DNA of 54,124 nucleotides, the filler included, from Catajapyx aquilonaris (taxonomy: Eukaryota), in NCBI GenBank assembly GCA_000934665.2. It is 2 parts of 2 records of this genome, joined end to end, with 100 filler letters (N's around TTAATTAATTAA, not from the genome) between each part and the next. Parts side by side here need not be neighbours in the genome. Positions count along the whole stretch, not along the records: positions 1 to 27,058 come from JYFJ02005127.1; positions 27,159 to 54,124 come from JYFJ02005128.1. One strand, 5' to 3'. Below are positions 24,958 through 36,817 of this stretch, piece by piece. The notes under the pieces were generated by a model. That model was not told where the DNA came from. It did not search any database and saw nothing but the letters and a program-made list of their open reading frames with translations. The stretch's first letter is position 1. The number at the start of each line of letters is the position of its first letter. A program made the translations under genes and the position numbers.

Positions 24958-25889
24958 ACTTCTCAACTTGTATCATTTAATAAACTCAATATGAAATCTG
25001 AATCGTCTCTCTTTCAAAAACGTCCCATGAAGAATAGTGTCCCAAATGTTGTCCCCCCAGATCAAAAAATTGCTGACATCTGAGACTTAATCCATTTTTA
25101 GAACAGAAAAAGAAAGGGTTGTATATATCCAGCTCAATTTTCCTTTCCACATCAAACAAACGAACAAAAACAAACGAAAACCTTCCCCCTCCCCCCACCC
25201 ACCAAAAAAAATAAAAAAAACGACAAAAGAACGTCCAGGGTGTCCCGGAACTGTTCAAACAGTTCTAATAATCGGCATGTGTCGTGACAGGCTTCCGGGA
25301 AAAGTGGTCTGGAACTTCTTTTCTTTTTCTTGTCTTCTATTTTTTACCACCAGTTTTTCTTCCTCTTTACTATAGTTTTTTGTGTGTGTGGGTGTGTGTG
25401 TGTGAAGAACCGAATCATAAAACCGAGTCCGCTCGTTTGTTCTGAAAGGCTTTCAGACAAAAGGCGGCAGGGACTTGGGAGTTATCCCAGCCTTCTGTTG
25501 ATTATTGCCCCCCTCCCCCCAGTCCCCACCACCCTCTTTCTTGTCAACAACAAAGGAGGGAGTAGGAGGGGGGGNGGGGGGGGGGATATCGAACTAATTG
25601 GAAAGTCCGAGTCAGTGTTGATCCGGATCTGAACAAAGCCAGAAAGTTTGTGCGGTATAGCCTGTGGTGGAGTAACAAACCGGGAGGGAATCTGGCACGA
25701 TACTTGTAGAAAAGATCAGTGAAGGATCAGTCGGAAAATTAGGATCAGTTTAAGGATTAAGAATCAAGTTTGGGATCATGTTTACACTAAGTACTAATTT
25801 AATCATGCGTAATTACAATATAAGTGGGGGAGGGCAGGATTTAGGAGCCAATTACGGGCTGTGACGTTACACCAGCAAATTGGGATGTC

Positions 25890-26720
25890 GAAATATCGAT
25901 GTATCGCGAAGTATAAATGGAATATCGATATATCCACATATCGTGTAATGTAATATCGATATATCCACATATCGTGTAATGTAATATCGATATATCCACA
26001 TATCGTGTAATGCAATATCGATATATCCACATATCGTGTAATGTAACATCGATATATCCACATATCGTGTAATGTAATATCGATATATCCACATATCGTG
26101 TAATGTAATATCGATATATCCACATATCGTGTAATGTAATATCGATATATCCACATATCGTGTAATGTAATATCGATATATCGGGATGTCTTATGTCGCT
26201 AGATGTGATGTCGATATATTATCATATGGTGAAAATGAATATCGATATATCACCATATGTAATATCGACAATCCATATATTGCGAAATGTAATATTGATA
26301 TAATTATCGCCATATTGTAAATGGAATATCGATATATCCGTGTCTGGTATAATGTAATGTCGATATATTGGGATATCGCTAGATATGATGTCGATATATA
26401 ATCATATCGATATAGGCCTACCACCTGATAAAATATCGACAAATCCAAATATTGCGAAATGTCGTATCGATATATCCACATACTGCATAATGTAATATCG
26501 ATATATCGGGATATCGCTGGATATGATGTCAATATAATTTCTTATAGCGAAGTATATCACCAGATGAAATATCAAGAAATTCATATATTGCGAAAGGTAG
26601 TACCGTGTTCATATAATGATCTCGAAATGCAATATCGACATATCTCGAAATGTGATATCGACATAGCTCGTCGAAACGCAGTATCGATATGTCGATATGT
26701 ATGCAATATCGATATCAATT
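25890..26720. repeat. 31-bp minisatellite (8+ copies, 25921-~26181) grading into ATCGAT-rich degenerate repeat
   Basis: Unit AATATCGATATATCCACATATCGTGTAATGT. It explains the periodic ORFs at 25803-26156. Confidence 0.95.
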
Positions 26721-27058
26721 ATGGCGAGGTTGCAACTAGTACTTATTAAATCGGAATTATACTCTATACGTACAAGTATTCATCAGACACGTTTAATTAG
26801 AGTCATAATTAAGAACTTAATAAACATAAACGGCAGTAGGTATATCATTTGCTGCTTCTTGGTGCATCACACTACAGGCACAGCCTCCCTGCATACAAAT
26901 CATCCATTTTAGCCCCCGAGCTATTGAATCAGATCCTGTCTCTGCCATAGATTATCCCCATGCTCTAGTCGATTTCCATGGTGATCCTGCCCTCTAGCGA
27001 CATCCCGATCGATCCCCACACATATAGAAGCTCCCTCGTTTTGCCCTTAATTGGCTAC

Positions 27059-27158
27059 NNNNNNNNNNNNNNNNNNNNNNNNNNNNNNNNNNNNNNNNNN
27101 NNTTAATTAATTAANNNNNNNNNNNNNNNNNNNNNNNNNNNNNNNNNNNNNNNNNNNN
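27059..27158. other. artificial contig-joining linker
   Basis: Exactly 44 N + TTAATTAATTAA (stop codons in all six frames) + 44 N = 100 bp. Confidence 0.9.
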
Positions 27159-27240
27159 TGATGGCAATTAACTCACTGGTTGCAAAAACAAGTGTAAGCC
27201 AGGGTGAATCATCGCATTCTTTTCTGCTAAGTACAGTGCT

Positions 27241-28678
27241 GGACAAATTAGCTGTCCCTGAATGTTTTTTTTCCGTCGGCGATGGCGCTGCGTTACCTGG
27301 CAACCCCGTCCGTCTGGCCAATTCAAACATCAGCATGTGGAGACTGCTTCCATTGTTGCCACTGTTTACAAATCGAGTGAGTGACTCGGACGACCCAGCG
27401 ACGGATCTCTTCTGCCTGCTTACACAGTATCGGCAGGGATACGCAGGAGAAAACGGAAAAATAATGATGTTAGAAGCAAACCACGTTGGAAAAATATTAT
27501 CCCTGGACTCAAAGAAAGGTTTTCGTCCACAGCACACGAAATACAATATTCCACCCCTGAGGAGGGGTTGTCAATGATTAAGATCAGGGTTGTGCTAATT
27601 GAAAGTGCTTCAACTGACGCACAGATTCTTTCGGTTTTTGTGTCTTTTCCGCATACTTTGACACCTCTAAGACGAATGGAGACCATGCCCCATATGTCAC
27701 ACACCACGCCAGTCTCGTAATTTGTCCCCAAAGACGTCATATCTCAAAATGGCTTCCGCTGTTCCGCATATACGAGTACGTGTCGTTCGCGTCATATTTG
27801 CACCAGGAAGAGTACACGACTAACATGACACGTACAGGGGTTGGACACAATAATATGAACACCTGCAACAAGCGTTAGTCGTGTATCTCTTCCTGGCGTG
27901 AATATGACGCGAACGACACGTACTCGTATATGCAGAACAGCGGAAGCCATTTTGAGATATGACGTCTTTGGGGACAAATTACGAGACTGACGTGGTGTCT
28001 GACATACGGGGCATGGTCTCCATTCGTCTTAGAGGTGTCGAAGTACGCGGAAAAGACACAAAAACCGAAAGAACCCGTACGTCAGTTGACGCACTTTTAA
28101 TTAGCACACCCCTGATCTTAATCATTGACACCCCCTCCTCAGGGGTGGAATATTGTATTTCGTGTGCTGTGAACAAAAACTTTCTTTGAGTCCATGGATA
28201 ATTTTCCCAACGTGGTTTGCTTCTAACATCATTATTTTCCCGTTTTTCCCTGCATATCCCTGCAGATACTGAGTACGTTTACATGGGACTAAAAATCGGC
28301 CTGACCCAGGCTTCCTAAGCAAGGCCATCGCCTTAGGTAGACCACCCGATCCAAAAGGCTTGGGCTGCGCCCGACAACGGCGCAGATAAGGCCGGTCTAT
28401 CGTAGGCCCAGCGGCTACATGGGAGTAAACCGGTTCGCCTAGCATAGGCTAGGCCGATTTTTAGTCCCATGTAAACGCACTCAATGTTTGAGCAGCCGAG
28501 CAGGCAGAAGAGACCCGTCTCTGGGTCGTCCGCGTCACTCACTCGATTTGTAAACAGTGACAACAATGGAAGCACTCTCCACATGCTGATGTTTGAATTG
28601 GCCCGCCGGACGGGGTTGCCAGGTAACGCAGCGCCGTCGCCGACGGAAAAAAAACATTCGGTGACGGCTAATATGTCC
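27241..28678. mobile_element. long foldback element (~580-bp arms, 49-bp loop) with nested MITE
   Basis: 27241-27824 is the diverged reverse complement of 27874-28678 once the ~28270-28495 insert is removed. Confidence 0.85.
28270..28483. mobile_element. MITE with ~33-bp TIRs, PIF/Harbinger-like
   Basis: TGAGTACGTTTACATGGGACTAAAAATCGGCCT / AGGCCGATTTTTAGTCCCATGTAAACGCACTCA. Absent from the left arm of the host foldback. Superfamily inferred from TIR style. Confidence 0.75.
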
Positions 28679-28958
28679 GATTATGCTCGATTATTGGACC
28701 AAAGATCTCAATATTTAATGCATTCTTTAAGTCAAATCACATGGTGATGCCTTACCTTTCAACTTGTATCACTATGGCTGCTTAGGTGTCAGAATTACCT
28801 CGAAGGTGTTATGCTCGTACATGCTGTTTCCCTTTGACTTTTTCATATTTCTGTAGTTTCTGTTTTGAGGAGTAAATATTTGGTGCTTGCATTTTAGCAT
28901 GTAATCATTCAGATAAATAGCCATGAATATTTGAACGACATCATGTCATTGGTACATA

Positions 28959-29603
28959 CGAGGTGTGATCAAAAAGTTCCCGGATTTTAGGTATACCGTG
29001 CCAACCAGTGGAGATACGAACTTGTGACGCTACAGGGAGCTAGGAGCACCTTTCAGCTATTAGTCTGAAAAATATCGTCTTCATAGGTGCACTTGTTTCC
29101 GAGTTTCGGCAGTTTTCTTGACACCGTGTTCTTGTGCTTCTGCGATTTTTCTAAATGGCTGATGTTAGGGAGGAAAGGATTTGTATTAAATTTTGCTTCC
29201 AGCTCAACAAAATTTCGGCTGCAACCCACCGAATGCTGAACAAGGCTTTTGATGAGTAATATGTAAGACAAGCAATAACGTATGGGTGGGTTAACAGCTT
29301 CAAAAGTGACGCGCCAAGTTCGCAGCAAAATCAATTCAATGCTGATAATTTTCTTTGACATTATAGGAATTGTGCATATGGAGTTTCTCCCTCCTGGTAA
29401 AACTGTCAACGGCAAGTATTAGGGCCTACTGGGATGTTTAGAGACGATTTAGGCTCAAATGGCCGGAGATGTGGAAGAACATATAGACTGGTTGCTGCAC
29501 CATGACAATGCCGCCTGCACACACCTCATGCGTAGTCAGGGACTTCCTGATAAAAAATAACATGACCACTGTTCCCCACCCTGCATATTCGTTTGTCCTG
29601 GCC
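28959..29603 (+). mobile_element. decayed mariner element (internally deleted, 3'-truncated)
   Basis: TA|CGAGGTGTGATCAAAAAGTTCC TIR. From ATG 29155: MADVREERICIKFCFQLNK..., then SMLIIFFDIIGIVHMEFLPPGKTVNG, WLLHHDNA and PHPAYSFVLA (degenerate YSPDLAP). Stops and frameshifts present. Confidence 0.9.
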
Positions 29604-29763
29604 AAGGGGGTACTCACTTCGGTACTCCGGTGTACACCTGCAGTGGTACTCTTTGGTACTCCTTAGGTACTCCCTGGTGCTCCCAGACAATAAACAAATA
29701 TGCCTCTAACTTCGGGAGATTTTCCCTCTCGTGTCGTGCTTCCAATCCCAAGGGGCTAAAAAA

Positions 29764-29832
29764 TGGTGCCGGGGATCGAACCCGGGATCTTTCACATGCA
29801 AAGCGAACGCTCTACCACTGAGATACACCCCC
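29764..29832 (-). pseudogene. tRNA-Ala(TGC) pseudogene
   Basis: Reverse complement GGGGGTGTATCTCAGTGGTAGAGCGTTCGCTTTGCATGTGAAAGATCCCGGGTTCGATCCCCGGCACCA followed by T6. The 3' acceptor strand is 3 nt short (CACCA instead of CACCTCCA) and the D-stem has a mismatch. Confidence 0.8.
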
Positions 29833-30066
29833 ACTTCGTAGGAGTTATTGCTTCATTACATTATAGAGGAGACCTATGAACATGTTCATAACACATAATA
29901 TTGAACATAATTTCATGTATGGTGACACCATGTCCAAATCTCCAAAAGAAGGGCATAGATGCTCTGTATAGGCTGTGTACAATACACACTATTATACTAA
30001 TAAATACGCCTTTTTTACTTCAGCATAACCGAATCTACGATTTCAAACGTCCTATTTAATGTCTCT

Positions 30067-30164
30067 GGGCCAGTTGCACCGGCCTCAGTATAACTTAGAA
30101 CCTCGGGTATAATTCTTGTTATACCCGAGGTTCTAAGTTATACTGAGGCCGGTGCAACTGGCCC
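30067..30164. mobile_element. 98-bp perfect palindromic MITE, Harbinger-like
   Basis: 46-bp perfect arms GGGCCAGTTGCACCGGCCTCAGTATAACTTAGAACCTCGGGTATAA, 6-nt loop TTCTTG, flanked by a 3-bp TCT duplication. Confidence 0.85.
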
Positions 30165-32063
30165 TCTGTCTCTATAAAGTGAGTGATGACCAATAGTTTC
30201 ACAACTATCTGTTCTCTTCCTCAGATGCAGGACAGAGCTCCTGTTCACATAAACCCTCTGGAGGAGGAGGAAGAAATGCAGAGAGGAACGCTCGAAGGAA
30301 TATTGAAGCACTGTCATCACCGTCATACCTAGCAGAATCTACATCTATACGTATGTGCGATTAAACAGATTAACTTTTTTCATATAATGCGTGTTGGGCC
30401 CATATCATCTGTGGATCGGAAAAAACAAGCTTGCTAATAAAGAACCTTAATTATCTCTCAATAAATTCTTCCTCGTTGAGATTCCAGGTTAATTACGAGT
30501 AATTTCGGTGTGCCAGGTCTTCGGGTGCTAGGTCTTCAGGGAGGCAAGTACAGTATATTACTAAGGAAATTTAGAATCAAAAAGGCTTCAATGTTATAAC
30601 ATGTCATTGCATCTAAACATTACAATCCGTTACTCAAGTATTCGTTCGAGTTAAACATTGGCCTGTATTACAGTACTAGCTAATTACCCGCATATGCAGT
30701 AGATATTTGTCATGTGTTGCATTGGTCCAGTGGCTAATATGGAGCTAATAATGGCAAAAAAAATTGAATCTAGATAATGTACGTCATACCTGATTTTCAG
30801 ACAACCCAGTTCACAACTGCATCAGTTACTATCAATCTCGTTGAACCATTCCCAATGCTTAATTGTAACCAGGAACCCTCCCATTAAATGTGCATAATAA
30901 ATGTTTCAAACTGTAGTGTAACCGAGGGAATAACGACAGGGAGCTCTTGAATAAGCGTGCAAGCCAAGGCCTGGTTGAATACTCTCTGGCCTCTGCTTTT
31001 ACTCTCTGCTTTATTGTCCCCTAGTCCAGGAAACAGGATCACAGGGTTGGAACTATGAAGTGCGGACACAACACAATCAGTCGGCATTATTAAGTTATTA
31101 TGTTTTCTTTTAACTGATCCACGTTCATATTTTTAGATAATGTTTTTTGACAATTTTTAATCCTTCATTTTGTACTCGTCAACACTACAGGATTGTAGGT
31201 GAGCGCTTCCTGCACATGTACTCGAGCAGAGTTAGTCATATTAATTTCTTCATATCAATTTATTATTGGCTCTCGCAGTGATCCACAAGTATTTTTTCAA
31301 TAGAGCAGGATTTTATCTATGACAAGTTTTAAGCGCTCTAAAAACAATGTGTATGCATGGTATACACAGCAAATTGTGTACTGCATTGTACGATTGTACT
31401 AACTAATGTACATAATGCAGTACACAATGTGCATTTTTTTTTTTAATCGCAACGCTGTGTACCATGGATACATGTTGCTTTTGAGAGAGTACCCCTTGAA
31501 GTATCAGTTCGAGACTAACATCCTGTGATGATGGGGGTGGCGTACTGCAGACAGAATAATTTGGGAACATACGCAGTTTCTTATCATTTTTTGTTTGTTT
31601 TTGACGAGTGTGAGAGTCAATGCTCTTCATGTGTGGGAATCTGTAATTTTCTTTTAGTGGACATGTCCCTTTTTAGGCCTTCTGTAGCAGGTATAGGGTG
31701 GCCATTTCCAAATCTTCAGAAAGAAGGACACAGCTGGTAGGTATATATCGTATATGCTTTATACAGTACCATACATTGTGTGACCCCTGACCTCGGGTCA
31801 CACCGTGACTAGCTCAGTAACGCAGGTTCAGTTGGAGAAAAGATGTCAGACTGGGAGAAAAGGGTGAAAGAAGTGGCGGGGAAAACTCGAAAAGCAGCGA
31901 AAAGTTTCAGATAACATAATATGCATTTTTTTACTTATTAACACACTAAGTAATAAGGCTAAAAAATGTAACCTAAATCAAATATTTTATGGTGATTGTT
32001 CGTGAATTTTGTGGCGCCCTTTCTTTACAATAAGTACATGCTGGAGAGAGTGTCAGAATCGAA

Positions 32064-32168
32064 GTAGCACAGTGGTCTAATGGTTAAGACCAAGTTAAGA
32101 CTCTCTCTTCGTAACCTGAAGGTTGAAGGATCGAATCCTGAAAGGAAGACGTCGCGTCGTTTTTTTTT
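32064..32168 (+). pseudogene. degenerate tRNA-derived Pol III unit / SINE head
   Basis: A box TGGTCTAATGG, B box GGATCGAATCC and downstream T-run. No intact cloverleaf. Confidence 0.5.
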
Positions 32169-32479
32169 ATCGCTATGGACCTTTCCCGCTGTTACTTTAT
32201 CTCTCATTTCACATTTGTTTCTCTCTGAAGTGCATCTGGTAAATAGAGTAGACCCTTCCAACATACACAGTTTCGTTGCACCAGAGCGTGGCTTTGCGGT
32301 AACGCATCAGACTCTCGATCCAAGGGTTCTGGAACCATTGAAAATTTTCTTTCGAAAATAAAAATTTGGTTCGATGGAGAGCACGGATTTTTTTCCCATT
32401 CTCTGCAGAGCACATATATTTTTATACCATGGAAATTTTTATAGCGTGGATATTTTTATACCATGGAAAATTTTCTTTC

Positions 32480-32750
32480 GAAATTGAAAATATATATTTT
32501 CATTTTCATTTTTAAATTGTAAATATATGTTTTCATTTTCATTTTGGAATTGTAAATATATTTTTCATTTACATTTTTGAATTGTAAATATATGCTTTCA
32601 TTTTCATTTTTAAATTGTAAATATATGTTTTCATTTTCATTTTGGAATTGTAAATATATTTTTCATTTTCATTTTTAATTTGTAAATATATATTTTCATT
32701 TTAAAATTGTAAATATATATTTTCATTTTCATTTTTGAATTGTAAATATA
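32480..32750. repeat. ~32-bp AT-rich minisatellite
   Basis: TTTCATTTTCATTTTTAAATTGTAAATATAT-type units. Confidence 0.9.
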
Positions 32751-33310
32751 AGTAGATATATATGGGGCTGATTAAAACAACGCTCTGATTGGTCCACGCT
32801 AATTGCCTTAATGAGTTGGCCACGCCCCTTTTAATTACCTTAATTAGTTTGTGAGAAACTGTGATTTATTTTTTTTTCGCCACGTACTCGTACAGGGCAT
32901 GCACAGAGGGACTTAATTAATGGCACGTGCCTCCATGGAGTGAAGAACTGTGATTTTTCGCCACCTGCTCGTATAGGACGCGTGCCATCAATTAGTGAGA
33001 TGCGTGCCATTAATTAGTAACATATAGGGTGCATTCGAATGACTGTCAATCGATCTACTCGTGTGCACAGGTGAGACCTTGGAACAATATTAAACACATC
33101 CAGTGTATGGTTCCAAACAAATGGTGGTATCCCACTCCCCTAACAAGGGCCCAGGGCCCGATATGGGGGTACAGTAACAAAAAAAATGCAGATTTATTTA
33201 CTGCAAGTATTAGGCCTACTCATTTCTGTAAATATGACGGATTTATTTAGAGCACATAATTATTGCAAATTTTCTAGTGTAAAAATGGTAGAATAATTCA
33301 TTGCCAATAT

Positions 33311-34664
33311 TAGTCCGGACGTTAAGGGACGAATAATGGGTCAACCGTGCATTTGGTGAAAAAAGCATGAAATTTGGTACAAATGTCCCTGAGAGCATAC
33401 TCTTCAAATTCAGATATGGCGCCACGCCCGTTTTCGCCCAGGAGGCGGGTTGGCTACACTGAAGCGAGTGACTAGTCTTTTTCTGAGCGAACTATGCTTC
33501 CTAGGCGGATATGAGCCAAACAAATGTTGTGGGGAAACATGTATCCTACAAAAAGTGTATAGTAACTTTTCCACGTACGGCCAGTATTTTTGGAGTTACA
33601 GAGACTTGAACCAAATTAAGGGACGAAAAAAAAGTCAACCGTGCATTGGTGAAATTTGGTAAGAATGTCCCTGAGACCATACTCCTCCAATCCAAATATG
33701 GCGCCACGGCCGTTTTCGCCCAGGTGGCCCGTAATTGCCGGTTGGCTACCTTGAAGCCAGTTAAAGGTCTTTTCTGAGCGAACTATGCTTCTCAGGAGGA
33801 AAGGTGCCAAACAAAGGTTGTACAGAAACATGTACTCTACAAAAAGTATGAAGTACCTTTTCCACGTAGAGTCCTTATTTTCGTAGCTACAGCGACTTTA
33901 AAAAGACTTTTCACTCTCTGAAGGGTAGCCAACCCGCAATTACGGGCCTCCTGGGCGAAAACTGGCGTGGCGCCATATCTGAATTTGAAGAGTGTAGTCC
34001 CTAGGACATTCCTACCATATTTCATGTCTTCATCACCAAAGTGCACGGTTGACCATTTCATCCCTTAATTCCATGACTATGGGTTCAAGTCGATGTAGCT
34101 CTGAAAATATGGACTCTACGTGGAAAAGGTATTTCATACTTTTTGTAGAGTACATGTTTCTGTACAACGTTTGTTTGGAACATATCCGCCTGAGAGGCAT
34201 AGTACGCTCAGAAAAGACTTTTTACTCGCTTCAAGGTAGCCAACCCGCAATTACGGGCCACCTGGGCGAAAACGGCCGTGGCGCCATATCTGGATTGGAG
34301 GAGTATGGCCTCAGGGACATTCTCACCAAATTTCACCAATGCACGGTTGACTTTTTTTTCGTCCCTTAATTTGGTTCAAGTCGCTGTAGCTCCAAAAATA
34401 CTGGCCGTACGTGGAAAAGTTACTATATACCTTTTGTAGGATACATGTTTCCCCACAACATTTGTTTGGCACATATCCGCCTAGGAAGCATAGTTCGCTC
34501 AGAAAAAGACTAGTTACTCGCTTCAGTGTAGCCAACTCGCCTCCTGGGCGAAAACGGGCGTGGCGCCATATCTGAATTTGAAGAGTATGCTCTCAGGGAC
34601 ATTTGTACCAAATTTCATGCTTTTTTCACCAAATGCACGGTTGAATCCCTTAACGTCCGGACTA
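33311..34664. mobile_element. non-autonomous Academ-type foldback element built from ~290-300-bp subunits
   Basis: Termini TAGTCCGGACGTTAAGGGA / TCCCTTAACGTCCGGACTA. Two direct subunits on the left and about 2.5 inverted ones on the right. The terminal ~70 bp resemble the termini of 36818-39982. Confidence 0.8.
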
Positions 34665-34866
34665 TAATAGGATAGTAAATATTCTGAGTCACTAGAATTT
34701 CTCACTGATTGTTGGGTTGATTCTATGAGACCAAGCCTAGGGGATAGAGACCTCCAGGTTAGTGGAGCCCACAAGAGTACATATTCAGCCATAGGGATGG
34801 TCAACCCCTGGCTGGATGTAGTCAAGCCTCGGAAATAAGTCATCTGTTACATCAGACCAACTCGAT

Positions 34867-35981
34867 ATGGCAGCACAGCCTATAAATATGCAGCCTATGC
34901 CGGGACAGCCCATGCCGGGACAGCCCATGTGGGGCGCCGTAGGTACAGACGTACAGTGCACTACAACAATGCAATATTGATTGCTTAAACATGTCATTCC
35001 GTGTGGGACATTGTGAAAATAACTTGACTGTGTCTGTCCTTGTAGCTCCTGGGTCATATTTGGCCCCACCCCTTCCGAGTGTCCCCGGTTGCCCACCAGG
35101 TCTGGAATACCTCGTAGACGCCGAATACATCATGGTTAAGCAAAATTCGACGTCCGCAACAGGTTATGTTGTCATCTAGTTTTCCTTCCTTGCGCTACTG
35201 TATAGGCTATTAGGCTACTGTATTGCTACGTTCTTCTTTCGTAGGTTGGGGGTGCGAAGACGTACAACGCTTCAGTTTCAGAAGTCAACTGGGACATCAA
35301 ATATATTTTGCCAAAGAGGACGTTAATTGCTGTGTCCGGGAGTATCTGGATCGGAGCAGACCATTTGCTTTACAAATTTTTGACAACTACAGGCAAGAAG
35401 TATTGTACCTGTTCCGGCCCTTCAGATGCAAGCGCTGCTGTTTCCCATGCTGCCTGCAGACACTGGAAGTGTCTTCCGGTCAGGGTCAGGTCCTAGGGTC
35501 AGTCAAACAGAAGTGGTCGCTGTGGGGCCAGCACTTCGACGTAAAAAAAACGCTGCCAATGACGTCGTATTGCGCATTGTACGGCCCTGCGTATGCTGTT
35601 GCGACGCCGGCGCCGACTTCCTGGTACTGTTTCGAGCCCTACTCCAATGCACTCTGCCAATGCACATACCGCGTATTTATACTGTCACTTTGCCCTCTGT
35701 CACTGTGACAGGTCATGTCATTAGACGGCGTTACCCAGGTGGGAAAAATATCTAGGCAGTGGTCCGGCTTTGTCGAAGATTTTTACATGAATGCGGATAC
35801 CTTTGGAGTCACCTTTCCGGTCAATATGGACGTTGCTATCAAGGCAGTCTTATTGGGAGCCTCCTTCCTCATTGTTAGTTGCACCTCTTTGGTTTCCATT
35901 ATACATGTCGACCTTTATGTAAACCCATTGTTTTACACTGTTAATATTGTTCTGCAGAATTATTTGTTCTACAACATGTGA
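34867..35981 (+). CDS. phospholipid scramblase (PLSCR/Scramblase family), 5 exons, apparent 1-nt frameshift at A8 (35543-35550)
   Basis: Exons 34867-34942, 35046-35162, 35245-35623, 35712-35873, 35958-35981, all with GT-AG introns of compatible phase. Gln/Pro-rich N-terminus, CPPGLEYL, RPFRCKRCCFPCCLQ, VGKISRQWSG, ADTFGVTFPVNMDVAIKAVLLGASFLI|NYLFY. 252 aa if one A is added. AATAAA at ~36048. Confidence 0.92.
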
Positions 35982-36817
35982 GGCTATGGATCTAGTGGGC
36001 CCTTCTGAATCCTCCATCATTCGAATAACGCCTAGGCACTGAGGTGAAATAAAGGTCAGTTAAATCTAATACGATAAAAACCAGGAATGAATTCAATATG
36101 ATCGCAAGCTGCCATGTTTCCGGATGACTGTCTTCCGAGATAATGTCGTTTTCGACCGGTATTCCATCTCGCACTGTCTGAAATGTGCGTTGCAGGTGAA
36201 CTCACAGTCGTTGACTTTGATTAGTCGCGCTCCCCACTGAATTCACTCTAGGTACTTAAATTTGAGCATGATCACGTTTCTTATTTACCAATTCTCAAAA
36301 CTATATTATTTTATTTTATTTCCATTCTTCAAGATTGATTCAACCTGGCTGACGGCAACCTCCCTGTGACTCAATCTACAAGGTATACAGGAGACGATAT
36401 TAAAATGAGATGTGCTCCATGTAATAAAGTGCAAAATCGCAATATTCTTGGCACATAAATGTATTTCTCCAGTGAACTACAGTTAAAAGGGGACCAATAA
36501 TTAACATATTGGGTATATCTGCACGAAAGGAAATGTTCTGCTCTGAAGTTGTCGTCTGATGGTCTGGCATTCACAAACTTGTTGTGGGGCACGTCAGAAT
36601 CTAAGGTCAGAATGTGGCATGTGAATTTCAGCCTAGACGTAGATTGTGCATTACAATTTTTCGGTCTTGTAGCTGCTAGCTGAGCCTGTTTTCCTTGGTT
36701 ACACCCCACTGTGTGTTGCAGCCAAGGGTATCCCAGTAAACATTCCCAGAGAGTAAAAATTTCTCACCGGCAGAATGTTGGGTTGATACCATGAGACCAC
36801 CCCTGGAGGCCGAGTAA

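Noticed and set aside
25803..26156. Three overlapping periodic ORFs (MWIYRYYITRYVDISILHY...)
   Set aside because: Translation of a 31-bp minisatellite lacking stops on one strand.
1..27058. Hox-cluster identity for the left piece
   Set aside because: No homeobox, YPWM exon or miR-10/miR-993/iab-4 sequence seen. Only generic regulatory motifs.
27103..28747. ORFs appearing as near-identical pairs on opposite strands (also 33243-34843, 36923/39696, 46152-46888, 53138-53681)
   Set aside because: Mirror products of inverted repeats. Only the 46.3-46.55 kb HTH remnant has recognisable protein similarity.
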